DNA of 64,000 nucleotides from Candidatus Ideonella esbjergensis (GTDB lineage Bacteria; Pseudomonadota; Gammaproteobacteria; Burkholderiales; Burkholderiaceae_C): NCBI GenBank assembly GCA_016710065.1, contig JADJLP010000015.1, positions 460,685 to 524,684 of the forward strand, read 5' to 3'. Shown piece by piece: positions 1 to 8,613 of this stretch (position 1 is its first letter; each line of letters starts with the position of its first letter). The notes under the pieces were generated by a model. It saw only the letters and a program-made list of their open reading frames with translations, ran no database searches and was not told where the DNA came from. The position numbers and the translations under genes were made by a program.

Positions 1-1864
1 CGGCTTCGTAGCGCAGCAGCAGCGTCTCGGGGGTTTGCGCGGCCAGCGGCTCGAAGGCGCCGCAGCCGGCCTCCATCAACACCAGCGCGGCGGGGCCGGT
101 CATGCCGCGCAGCGTCAGCAGCACAGCCTGCTGAGCCCACACGGCCAGGCGCTGGCGCTGCACGCCCAGCAAGGCCTCCAGGTAGGCCAGCGCCCGGGCG
201 CGCGTGCCGGTCTGCAGGAATTCACCGATGGAATACAGGCCTGCGGCTTCCAGCCGCTGCACGGCCTCGGCCGTCACTTCGGGCAGGCTGGCCAGGGGCA
301 GCTCGGGCTGGAACAGGTTGCTGGTCCAGACGCCGGCCAGGTTGTCCTTGGGCAGCGGCACCACCTGCATGGACAGGCGCGAGAGCGCCTGCGCGTCCAC
401 GCTCTCGCCCGGCTGCACGAAGCGGTACTCGATGCTGCCCAGCGGCGAGACCTGCACCTGCACGCTGGCGTCGAGCTTGAACTCGCGCACCGCGAAGTTG
501 GAGGTGGCGTTGCGCATCGCGCCCATGCGCTGCTGCAATTCGTCCAGGCTCTGCTGCACGCCGGTGGCAAAGTCTTCGGGCGCCGAGGGCCGCTGGCGCA
601 GGGCCGCCAGGTCGGCCTCGAGCTTGAGGTTGCGGCTTTGCACCTCGCCCACCTCGCGCTTGAGGGTGTCGATGATGCTTAACAGGTTCTTGCGCTCGTC
701 AGCGCCCAGCGGGCCGTCCACGCCACTGGTGAGCGGCGTGAAGATGCCGGCGATGCCGCCCACGCTCACCACGCGCTCTCCGCCCAGGCGGGTGAGCGTG
801 GCGTTGGCCAGCTGGGTGTCCACCGTGCTGGGCGTGGCGGCAGGGTCGGCGCCCAGGCGCATGGGCTGGCCGATGGGCTTGCCGCCATCGGCCAGCCAGG
901 TGCGGGCCGCACGGTCGGCGCCAAAGCTCAGCACACGTTGGCCATTGGGGTCGAATGCCACGGCCTGCACGCTGCTGCCGTGGCGCAGCGGCACGGCCTT
1001 GAACGGCGGCCCCGCCATGCTCCACAGCGTGGCGACGGGCGATTCGCCACCGGCCACCAGCCACTCGCCCTCGGGGCCGCCAAAGGCCAGGGCCAGCACC
1101 GCGCCCTCGGTCTTCAGCGCGGCATCCACCGGTGCGCCGGTGGCGGCTTCCCACAGCCGCACCGCGCCATCCTTGCCGGCCGTGGCCAGCAGCTTGCCGT
1201 TGGGGCTGGCGGCCACGACGAGCAGGCCCGGGTGGTTGATCTTCTCGTGCACCAGCTTGTTGGCACCGGGTTGCCAGACCCGCACCGTGGCATCGTCGCA
1301 GTGGGTCCACACCAGGTCGCCGCTGAAGCCGGCGTCCAGCACCGCCCCGGGGTGCTTGAGCTGGCCCAGCAGCTTGCCGGTGCTGGCGTCCCACAGACGG
1401 GCCAGGCCGTCGTCGCTGGCGCTCAGCACCAGCTTGTCGCCCAGGCCCAGGCAGGCCCGGTGGACGGGCTTCTTGTGCGGCATGGGCTCGGCGGCCAGGG
1501 TGCCGCCCTCCACGTTCCACAGGCGCAGCAACAGGTCGTCGCACACCGTCAGCGCGCGCCGCCCGGTGCTGTCGAAGCAGGCGTCGCTCAGGCCGGCCGG
1601 GTGTTTGAGCGGGTTGCCCACCAGCTTGCCACTGGCGCCCTCGCCCAGGCGCAGCAGGCCGTCGGCCGAGGCCACCAGGAAACGCTTGCCATCGGCACTG
1701 AAGGCCGCTCCGGTGACGGCGCCGTTGCACTTCACCGGCTCGCTGGCGGGCTTGCCGCTGTCGGCGTCCCACAGCATGGCGCTGTGGTCGTCGCTGGGCA
1801 GGATCAGGCGGGCGGAGCCGGGGTCGAAGCTGGTGCCGTTGAGCATGGAAGGCATGGCCATCAT
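1..1864 (-). CDS. WD40-repeat protein with a coiled-coil middle region and a helix-hairpin-helix-like C-terminal region. It is partial: the 3' end lies beyond the window start.
   Basis: I translated the minus strand by hand from ATG at 1864..1862 and found no stop before position 1, which is why the ORF track (it lists only stop-bounded ORFs) does not show it. Repeated WD40 signatures are present (LRLWD, ARLWDA, VRVWQ, VRLWE, ATLWS, AFSADGKR). A heptad-like, charged segment follows, then a helical segment (LPEVTAEAVQRLEAAGLYSIGEFLQ). The ATG overlaps the stop of the upstream gene as ATGA. Confidence 0.6.
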   Translation of the reverse strand, partial: MMAMPSMLNGTSFDPGSARLILPSDDHSAMLWDADSGKPASEPVKCNGAVTGAAFSADGKRFLVASADGLLRLGEGASGKLVGNPLKHPAGLSDACFDSTGRRALTVCDDLLLRLWNVEGGTLAAEPMPHKKPVHRACLGLGDKLVLSASDDGLARLWDASTGKLLGQLKHPGAVLDAGFSGDLVWTHCDDATVRVWQPGANKLVHEKINHPGLLVVAASPNGKLLATAGKDGAVRLWEAATGAPVDAALKTEGAVLALAFGGPEGEWLVAGGESPVATLWSMAGPPFKAVPLRHGSSVQAVAFDPNGQRVLSFGADRAARTWLADGGKPIGQPMRLGADPAATPSTVDTQLANATLTRLGGERVVSVGGIAGIFTPLTSGVDGPLGADERKNLLSIIDTLKREVGEVQSRNLKLEADLAALRQRPSAPEDFATGVQQSLDELQQRMGAMRNATSNFAVREFKLDASVQVQVSPLGSIEYRFVQPGESVDAQALSRLSMQVVPLPKDNLAGVWTSNLFQPELPLASLPEVTAEAVQRLEAAGLYSIGEFLQTGTRARALAYLEALLGVQRQRLAVWAQQAVLLTLRGMTGPAALVLMEAGCGAFEPLAAQTPETLLLRYEA

Positions 1865-2253
1865 CCTGGGGCGGGCAGTGCGGGAGGCAAGGGGGGCACG
1901 GCGGTGGCGGCCTCGCGCGGCGCCAGCCGCAACGAGACCTTCAGGCCGCTGGCGGCGGCATGGCCGAACAGACTGACGGCGGTGGGGTTGAGCAGGCGCG
2001 CATCGAGCCGGCTGCCCGGGCCTGCAGCGGTGTCCATGCGGGTCACGCTGGCGGCCAGCTCGAGCTCGATCGCCACGTCCGACAGCGTGTACCAGAGCGG
2101 CGGCAGGGCCACGCCGCCCTCGGGCGTGTCCATGTACAGGCTGACGCGGCCCAGCGCGTCGCGGTCGAGCTGGGCCTGTGCCTGCACCACGCCGTCCACC
2201 GCGTTGGCCAGCAGCACGCCCAGCGCGGCGGACGGCTGCGCGTTATCGGTCAC
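1861..2253 (-). CDS. Small hypothetical protein, about 130 aa.
   Basis: The ORF is in the track (MTDNAQPSAALG...). It starts at GTG 2253, 7 nt after the stop of the upstream paralogue, and its stop overlaps the start of the WD40 gene. The RBS is weak. Confidence 0.45.
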   Translation of the reverse strand: MTDNAQPSAALGVLLANAVDGVVQAQAQLDRDALGRVSLYMDTPEGGVALPPLWYTLSDVAIELELAASVTRMDTAAGPGSRLDARLLNPTAVSLFGHAAASGLKVSLRLAPREAATAVPPLPPALPAPG

Positions 2254-2260
2254 GGCGGGC

Positions 2261-3226
2261 TCACATCCGCAGCACGGTGGTGGTGGAGACCACGCCCAGC
2301 CTTGCGGTGACGGTCACCTCCACCGGCGTGGTGTCGGGCTCGGTCTGGCCGGCTGGCACCGGGAACACGCGCTTGAGCTTGAGCGGCACCGCGCCCTCGG
2401 CCGTGGTCTTGCCCGCGTCGGCCGCAGCAGCGGGGTTGAAGGTCCACATGGCGCCCGCCACCTCGATGGACAGCGGCATCAGCTTGTCGGCGTCCTGCTT
2501 GCTGCCGTCGCGCTTGTAGCAAAGGATGGCGCACTCCTTGAAGCGCGCGCCCGCCTCGCTGGCGTCGTCCACATCGGGGCCCACCTGCACCGCCAGTGAC
2601 GGGGCATCGATGAGTTGGCGCGGCTTGGGCACGCCGATGTCGGTCTTGGGGTTGAGCAAGGCGCTGGCGCGGATGTGGCCATAGCTCTGCTGGTCGGTGG
2701 TGTCGACGTTGGAGCCGCCCGAGCTCAGTCCGAAACTGGACTTGTTCGAGCCAGCGCCCATGAACATGCTGATGCCGGTGTTGCTGGCGCTGGCGCTGGC
2801 CGCCGCACTCAGCGACGAGGTTTCGGTGCTGCTGACGAACTCGGTGGCGAAGAACATGCCCTGCAGCCGCACCTGCGACCACTCGTAGAACACCGGGTCG
2901 ATGAAGTTGATCAGCGGCAGCTTCATCGGGATGGTCTTGGTGCCGGTCTCGTCCAGGTTGCCGTCGGCGTCGTAGGCGTTCACCTGGGCCGCGATGACGT
3001 CCACCATCTGCCCGGCCAGGGCGGTGGTGGTGGTGGCGCCCACCTCGTTGAGCTGGCGCTGCGATTCGGCAATTGCCAGGCCGGTGGTTTCAATGAGCTT
3101 GCCAAAGGCCATGCCGGCCTTCTTGGTGGCGTCGTTGACGTTGGCCGTGCCGGGCAGGTCGAGCGTGACGGAGGTGGGCAACGTGGGCACGCCAAAGGGC
3201 GCGGCGGGGGTGGGGAATGTGGCCAT
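2261..3226 (-). CDS. Hypothetical protein, paralogue B (about 321 aa) of the tandem pair in the subtilase operon.
   Basis: The track ORF 2261..3241 uses a TTG start. I prefer ATG at 3226, which has an AGGAG RBS 6 nt upstream. It shares the motif INFIDPVFYEWSQV and an S/T/G-rich central region with paralogue A. The composition looks protein-like. Confidence 0.6.
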   Translation of the reverse strand: MATFPTPAAPFGVPTLPTSVTLDLPGTANVNDATKKAGMAFGKLIETTGLAIAESQRQLNEVGATTTTALAGQMVDVIAAQVNAYDADGNLDETGTKTIPMKLPLINFIDPVFYEWSQVRLQGMFFATEFVSSTETSSLSAAASASASNTGISMFMGAGSNKSSFGLSSGGSNVDTTDQQSYGHIRASALLNPKTDIGVPKPRQLIDAPSLAVQVGPDVDDASEAGARFKECAILCYKRDGSKQDADKLMPLSIEVAGAMWTFNPAAAADAGKTTAEGAVPLKLKRVFPVPAGQTEPDTTPVEVTVTARLGVVSTTTVLRM

Positions 3227-3253
3227 GGTGGGCTCCTGCAAATGGGGTGGGGT

Positions 3254-4291
3254 TCAAAGATCAACTTCGAAGCGGCGTGTGATGGCGCCCAGGCGCACGG
3301 TCACCGGGATGGTGCTGAAGCCGGCGGCACCGTTGTTGTAGAAGCGGCGCAGCTTGTACTTGACCTTGCCGGCGCCGTCGGTGGCGCCGCCAGCCACGGC
3401 CTCGCGCAGCACGCCAGGGGCCTCGATGGACGGCGTCTTGCCGCTGTTGGCTTCACCATTGGCCTTGAGCACGGTGATGGTCAACTCCACATTGCGCTCC
3501 ACCAGCACGGCGGCGGCGCCCACGCCCGATTTCACGTCGGTGGTCTTGCCCTGCACCGCAAAGATCTGCGGGCCGATCTCCACCGACGCGGGCACCGGGA
3601 ACTTGGTGGTCTTGCGCGGGCCCAGCATGGCGTCTAGCTGCACCCGGCCCGAAACCCATTCCGACTCGCGCTCGATGTTGGTGTGGGTGAGGTTGAAGGC
3701 CGCGCTGGCGGTGGTGGTGCCCACGCCCACGAAGCCGAAGAACAGGCCCTTGGATTCGTGCGAAGTGTTGAACGACGAGCGGGTGAAGGTCATGCCGGTT
3801 TTCGAGTCCATGCCGCTCACCGACATGTCCATCGACAGCGCCACGTACTTCCACTCGTGCACCGAGGGGGTGATGAAGTTCAGCACCGAGAGCTGCTGCT
3901 TGATCAGGTCGTCGGCGGTGGGCTCCAGCGGCATGCCGGTGTCGTCGTCGATGCGCTGGATCACATCGGTGACCACGTCGATCTTGGTGTCCGAGAGCTT
4001 CTTGACGGTGGTGATCACGCCGTCGTCCAACGCGCGCTGCGCCTTGGCCACGCCGGTGCCGATGGACTTCAGGATCTCGCCGAAGCTGGGGGCGATGGCG
4101 TCGAGCTTGCCGGCCACGGTGTCGGCCACGTCGAGCAGGGCGGTGTCGCCCGGGTCGCCCAGGGCGGCCAGCGTGCTGCCGGTGCCGCCGGACTTGGCGC
4201 TGGGCCGGCGGGCCGGCAGGTTGGCGCCCGAGCTGGCCTTGATGCCAGGCTTGGCCGGTGCGGTCTTGGTGGCTGTCTTGCGAGTGACCAT
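3254..4291 (-). CDS. Hypothetical protein, paralogue A (about 345 aa) of the tandem pair in the subtilase operon.
   Basis: The track ORF is 3254..4345. I prefer the internal ATG at 4291, preceded by AAGGAGA (revcomp of ...ccatggtggtctccttcg...). It carries the motif LNFITPSVHEWKYV shared with paralogue B. It lies 12 nt upstream of the next gene. Confidence 0.65.
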   Translation of the reverse strand: MVTRKTATKTAPAKPGIKASSGANLPARRPSAKSGGTGSTLAALGDPGDTALLDVADTVAGKLDAIAPSFGEILKSIGTGVAKAQRALDDGVITTVKKLSDTKIDVVTDVIQRIDDDTGMPLEPTADDLIKQQLSVLNFITPSVHEWKYVALSMDMSVSGMDSKTGMTFTRSSFNTSHESKGLFFGFVGVGTTTASAAFNLTHTNIERESEWVSGRVQLDAMLGPRKTTKFPVPASVEIGPQIFAVQGKTTDVKSGVGAAAVLVERNVELTITVLKANGEANSGKTPSIEAPGVLREAVAGGATDGAGKVKYKLRRFYNNGAAGFSTIPVTVRLGAITRRFEVDL

Positions 4292-4341
4292 GGTGGTCTC
4301 CTTCGTGAGGGGTGAAGAAACAAGGGGCGGGGTTTCGTCCT

Positions 4342-6456
4342 TCATGCGGGCGCCTCGGCCATGGCCCAGGCCAGCGCAAACCTTTGCGGCCCGTCCATCA
4401 CGTTGAAACCGCTGACGCGCAAGGTGTACCGGCCTGCGGGCAGGCCACGTTCATCGATGCATTCGACGGTGTTGATGCGGTCCGGTGTGGCGCCCGATGC
4501 CCCCGCGCCGCCCACTGCCAGCACCCGTTGGTCGGGGGCCAGCAAGCTCAAGTCCAGGTCGTTGATCAGCCGCTCGCCGGCCGGGTCCATCCAGCACAGC
4601 ACGGCGCGCAGGCCGGCGGACCGGCGCAGCGTGATGGCCACGTCGTGGTGCTGGCCGGTCTCCAGCCGCTGCGTCTTGGCATCGCGCAGTTGAACGCGCC
4701 AGCCGGCCAGCGCCTTCTGACTGGGCGGCAACGCGCGGGCCAGGTTGAAGCCGCCGTAACCTGCTTCACTGGTGGCCGCGCGCTGGCCATCGCGGCCCCG
4801 CACTGGTGTGCAGCCCAGCAGTGCCAGGGCCTTCAGGGCGGCGCCGCTGGGCTTGCGGCCGGTGCGTCGCCAGGCCTGGCGCAGCAAAGCCAGCCCGCCC
4901 GTGACCATGGGGGCCGACATCGAGGTGCCGCCGTCGTACATGTAGAACGGCATCGGGTTGGCCAGGCCCCAGCCCTGGGCGCTGCTGGCGCGCGAGCGGG
5001 TGCTGGGCAAGTTGATGCCGGGGGCGCACAGGTCGGGCTTGGTGCGGCCGTCCACCGTGGGGCCGGCACTGGAGATGGGGGCCATGCGGTCGGCCTCGCC
5101 CGAGACCATGTCGGCACGGTCGGCCGGCACACGCCAGCGCCGGGCCGTGGGGTCCAGCGCGGCCCAGGTGGCGCGCGTGCCCATGTTTTGCAACGGGCCC
5201 TCGGTGGCACCCACGGCGATGCAGTTCTTGGCGCAGGCGGGCGAGTAGATGCTGCCGCTGTCGATGCGGCGGTTGCCGTCCACGTCAGTGCCGTCGTTGC
5301 CGGCGGCGCACACCACCATGGCCATCGCATCCTCGCGCAGGAACAGGTCGGTCTCGAAACAGTCGTCGCTGTAGGCGCCGCGCGTGGCGTCGCCCCAGCT
5401 CAGGTTGTGCAGCGTGGCGCCGTGGGCCGCGCCGGCGCGGTAGAGCTCGCGCAGGTCCAACGGCCTGCCGGCCAGCGCAAAGCCCGATCTCAGCTTGGGC
5501 GCGGCGCCGGGGCGCAGGCTCACATCACGCTCGATGGCCAGGAACACCAGCTCGGCCGCTGGCGCCATGCCGCCCAGTTGGCCGCCGCTGGCCGCGCCCG
5601 AACCGCAGGCCAGACCGGCCACATGGGTGCCATGGCTGCTGCCGCGGTCGGCGGCGTCATCAGCCGGTGTGCTGGGCGCGGCGGGCAGGCAGATGGCCTG
5701 CCAGCTGGCATTCATGGGCAGTGATTCGAGCCAGCGCACGCGGCCGGCCAGGTCGGGGTGCATGGCACGGGCCGGGTCGCCCGAATCCAGGCCGGTGTCG
5801 GCCACGGCGATCACCTCGCCTGCGCCGTCCAGGCCGGCCGCGCCCAGCAGTGCGGGCGCTGCGCCCATGCTGGCGCGCAGCGCGGCGGCCGAGAGCAGCG
5901 TGGGCTGCCGGGCCCGGTCCACCAGCTTCACGCCGCGCACCGCGCGCAGGGCTGTCGGGTCACCGCCGTATTGCACCCGCAGCTTGCTGTGGCCGCTGAC
6001 CAGGGTTTGCGCACCCAGCGCCTGCAGGGCGGCCTGCACGGCGGGCAAGCGGCTGTGCTCGAAACAGACCAGGTCGTACCAGTCGGCGGGCAGGGTGCTG
6101 GAAGGCACCACCGCGCCGGCCTCGCCAGAGCCTTCGGCAAACCGCTGGCACATGGCCTCGGTGTAGTCGCGTGCGCCCAGCACAAAGCCCAGCGCCGACC
6201 AGGCGGCAGCCGAGCCACGGAACTTGCGCGGCACATCCACACAGGCACCGGTGGGTGGGCACCAGAAGCGCAGGGCCAGGCCCTGGCGCTTGAGCGCGCT
6301 GCGCCAGGCCGCCTGCACCGGCCCGGCAAAGCGCAAGAGCGCGCGCGGCGTCTGTCCCTCGGGCCACTGGCCGGCGGGCACTTCCACCGCGCGGCCATGC
6401 ACCCAGACCGAGATGCTCGGGTCGGGTGTGGCGGGCTTGCGGAGGGCCGGGCTCAT
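4342..6456 (-). CDS. S8 family subtilisin-like serine peptidase, 704 aa, with no signal peptide.
   Basis: All three subtilase motifs are present: Asp (VADTGLDSGD), His (SSHGTHVAGL) and Ser (GGTSMSAPMVTGG). The N-terminus is hydrophilic, so the protein is probably cytoplasmic. ATG at 6456. Confidence 0.8.
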   Translation of the reverse strand: MSPALRKPATPDPSISVWVHGRAVEVPAGQWPEGQTPRALLRFAGPVQAAWRSALKRQGLALRFWCPPTGACVDVPRKFRGSAAAWSALGFVLGARDYTEAMCQRFAEGSGEAGAVVPSSTLPADWYDLVCFEHSRLPAVQAALQALGAQTLVSGHSKLRVQYGGDPTALRAVRGVKLVDRARQPTLLSAAALRASMGAAPALLGAAGLDGAGEVIAVADTGLDSGDPARAMHPDLAGRVRWLESLPMNASWQAICLPAAPSTPADDAADRGSSHGTHVAGLACGSGAASGGQLGGMAPAAELVFLAIERDVSLRPGAAPKLRSGFALAGRPLDLRELYRAGAAHGATLHNLSWGDATRGAYSDDCFETDLFLREDAMAMVVCAAGNDGTDVDGNRRIDSGSIYSPACAKNCIAVGATEGPLQNMGTRATWAALDPTARRWRVPADRADMVSGEADRMAPISSAGPTVDGRTKPDLCAPGINLPSTRSRASSAQGWGLANPMPFYMYDGGTSMSAPMVTGGLALLRQAWRRTGRKPSGAALKALALLGCTPVRGRDGQRAATSEAGYGGFNLARALPPSQKALAGWRVQLRDAKTQRLETGQHHDVAITLRRSAGLRAVLCWMDPAGERLINDLDLSLLAPDQRVLAVGGAGASGATPDRINTVECIDERGLPAGRYTLRVSGFNVMDGPQRFALAWAMAEAPA

Positions 6457-6465
6457 GGTGGCGCC

Positions 6466-6532
6466 AGACTAGGCTTCACCCCCACCCCCCGCAATGCGCA
6501 ACCTAGGGGCGGGTCACCCGAAAACTAGGGGC
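6466..6532. promoter_or_regulatory. Candidate operator/promoter region. The octamer CTAGGGGC occurs twice as a direct repeat (6503-6510 and 6525-6532), with a third CTAGG at 6468, upstream of the subtilase operon.
   Basis: Seen directly in the sequence. CTAG is a rare tetramer in high-GC genomes. The two copies are 22 bp apart centre to centre, roughly two helical turns. Confidence 0.25.
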
Positions 6533-6566
6533 AAAGAGCCTTGGCGCCCCCAACCCGGGCCGCCGA

Positions 6567-8498
6567 TCAATTCAGGTTGATGGCGTAGAGGCTCACAGGC
6601 AGATCGGCCGTGGCCGGGGTGGTGATGTACAGCACACCATTGGGCGAGAGTGCCAGCTGACCGGGCTTGGGAAAGGTCCAGACGGTCTTGTGGGTGCCGA
6701 GGTCCAATGCGTAGACCTGGGTGCTGCTGCTGACAAAGATCAGGTTGTCGGTCACGATGATGTTTCGTCCGCCGTTGGCAAACGGGTCAACGGAAGCTTC
6801 ATCCGGAAACCACGACCACAAGCGGCTGCCATCGGTGTCGCTGCGCGCCTCCAGTTGCGCGCCATTGACGGCGTAGATGACACCCTTGGCGAATGCCGGG
6901 GCCTGCGAGAACGACCCCGGAATGGACCATTTCAGGGTGCGCCCTGCGATGTCAAAGTTCAGCAGCCGGTTCACGGAACCATAGGATCCGGGACCATTGA
7001 TGACCACCACGTTGCTGGCGCCGATGGCCATGGGGGCACCGAAGATGCTGTAGGCCTGCACCGCGTTGTTCGGTTCGGTCAGCACAAACGCGGTGACCCC
7101 TGTGTTGACGTCGATGACATTCAAGCCTGTGGGCATGAAGGCGTAGGCGTACTGGCTGTCCACCGCCGGCGTCCATTGGTCGTACTGGCTCAAATTGGTG
7201 AACCAGTTCTGGGCGCCGTCGGCAATTTTGAAGCTCAGCAGGCCGCCGTAGTAGCCGCCATTGGTGTAGACCGCACCATTGGCGATGGCTGGTGCCAGGT
7301 AGTGATCCCATTGGGAGCCGAAGGCGGTGCGGAAATTCATAGCGCCCGAGGTGCCGTCAAAGCCCCACATGTAGGTGGCGCTGTGCCCGCTGGTGGCCAG
7401 GTACAGCATGCCCGCGTCGGTCGAGGGCGGGTTGGCGGCAAAGATGCTGCCGAAATCCCGCATCCAAAGGGTCGACTTGTCGTGTTCAGACAGGGCGTAG
7501 ACCGAGGCGCTCTGGAAATAGCCCGAGGTCACCGCGTAAACCGAGCCCGATGAGGTGACCACGGGCTGAATGTTGCCGGCGGGGTTTGAAACCGTGTTGG
7601 GCGGTGTCCAGCGCCAGCGGCGATTGAACTTGCTGGCGTCCAGCGTCATGGGCGAATAGCCGGTGTGTGCGGCATTGGCCTGATGCTGGGCCCACTCACC
7701 CGCACCTGGGGCGCGTGAGAGTGGGCTCAGGTTGGTGGCCGCCTTCAGCACCAGGTTGTAGGGCACCAGCACCGGGGAGCCGGCCACCTGCTGGTTGCAG
7801 GCCAGATCCGTGCAGACCCTGAACTCCAGGTTGCCACTGTGGCTTCCGGCCTGCAGCGAGGTGCTGAGAAACAGGGTGGAGGTCACATAGCCCCCGCTCA
7901 CATTGGTGGGCGGGTTCGGCTGGAACACGCCAGCGGGGTCGACGATCTGCGGGTAAACAGTGCCGCCGGTAGATGTCAACGATGCACTCAGCTGAAGGGT
8001 GGGCACTTCGTCCTGGTAGGCGTCCACCGTGATGCTGGCCGGGCTGACTTGTGCCGGCGGCAGCACCACCGGCGCGGTGACCGTGAAGGTGTACGGAAGC
8101 GAGAAGGGTGAACCGGGCAACGGTGAGTTGCAGGTGGCCGGGTTGTCGTAGCACAAGTGCACCTTCAGGGAGCCGACGTGCTCGCCCACGCTCAGTGTTG
8201 ACTTGGCGGTCAGTGTGGCCTGGTAACTGGTGGGGGTCAGCGCTGTGAGTTGCACCGTCGGCTCGATCACGCCAGTGCTGTCCACGATGGCGACATTGAC
8301 GGTTTGCGAAACCGTGCGGTCCAGTGTGGCGGTGACGGACACCGTCTGCCACGAACCCTGGGCGTAGGTGGTGGCCAGCGTACCGGGTGAGAAGCTCAGC
8401 TGGTAAGGTGGTGCGGAATCGCCTCCGCCCCCTCCGCCGCAAGATGCCAAAAGGCTGGCAAACGCCAGCAACAACGCCAAAGCCGCGCGGTGCAACAT
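6567..8498 (-). CDS. Lipoprotein with Ig-like/Big-type beta domains and a C-terminal PQQ-like beta-propeller.
   Basis: The track ORF 6567..8765 has a junk N-terminal extension. I place the real start at ATG 8498, where a GGGGAGAGAG RBS precedes a lipobox signal (MLHRAALALLLAFASLLASCGGGGGG). The N-terminal half is rich in T, S and V in beta-strand-like runs. The C-terminal half has propeller-like repeats (YALDLGTHKTVWTF, LYAINL). Confidence 0.6.
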   Translation of the reverse strand: MLHRAALALLLAFASLLASCGGGGGGDSAPPYQLSFSPGTLATTYAQGSWQTVSVTATLDRTVSQTVNVAIVDSTGVIEPTVQLTALTPTSYQATLTAKSTLSVGEHVGSLKVHLCYDNPATCNSPLPGSPFSLPYTFTVTAPVVLPPAQVSPASITVDAYQDEVPTLQLSASLTSTGGTVYPQIVDPAGVFQPNPPTNVSGGYVTSTLFLSTSLQAGSHSGNLEFRVCTDLACNQQVAGSPVLVPYNLVLKAATNLSPLSRAPGAGEWAQHQANAAHTGYSPMTLDASKFNRRWRWTPPNTVSNPAGNIQPVVTSSGSVYAVTSGYFQSASVYALSEHDKSTLWMRDFGSIFAANPPSTDAGMLYLATSGHSATYMWGFDGTSGAMNFRTAFGSQWDHYLAPAIANGAVYTNGGYYGGLLSFKIADGAQNWFTNLSQYDQWTPAVDSQYAYAFMPTGLNVIDVNTGVTAFVLTEPNNAVQAYSIFGAPMAIGASNVVVINGPGSYGSVNRLLNFDIAGRTLKWSIPGSFSQAPAFAKGVIYAVNGAQLEARSDTDGSRLWSWFPDEASVDPFANGGRNIIVTDNLIFVSSSTQVYALDLGTHKTVWTFPKPGQLALSPNGVLYITTPATADLPVSLYAINLN

Positions 8499-8613
8499 GC
8501 TCTCTCCCCGAGATTGTTTTGTATCGGGCGGGATGTTAGTTGAGCCGCCTGGGCTCGGGTCTCCTGGGTTTCTCGGAGCCCCGTTCACTTGGGCGGAGGT
8601 GCCATGTGGCGGC

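Noticed and set aside
938-2599. 553-aa plus-strand ORF (and 204-1976 plus, 699-1772 minus) across the first 2.6 kb.
   Set aside because: The translations are Arg/Gly/Ala/Gln-rich low-complexity products, typical of wrong-frame or antisense reading of GC-rich genes. The minus-strand frame I translated by hand carries clear WD40 repeats and is the real gene.
2261-4291. The idea that the two paralogues are bacterial gasdermins, which would pair with the protease.
   Set aside because: Their length is wrong (320-345 aa against about 250-290). They have no N-terminal Cys or hydrophobic start, and I could find no recognisable gasdermin core by eye. I keep them as an unknown family that may be protease substrates.
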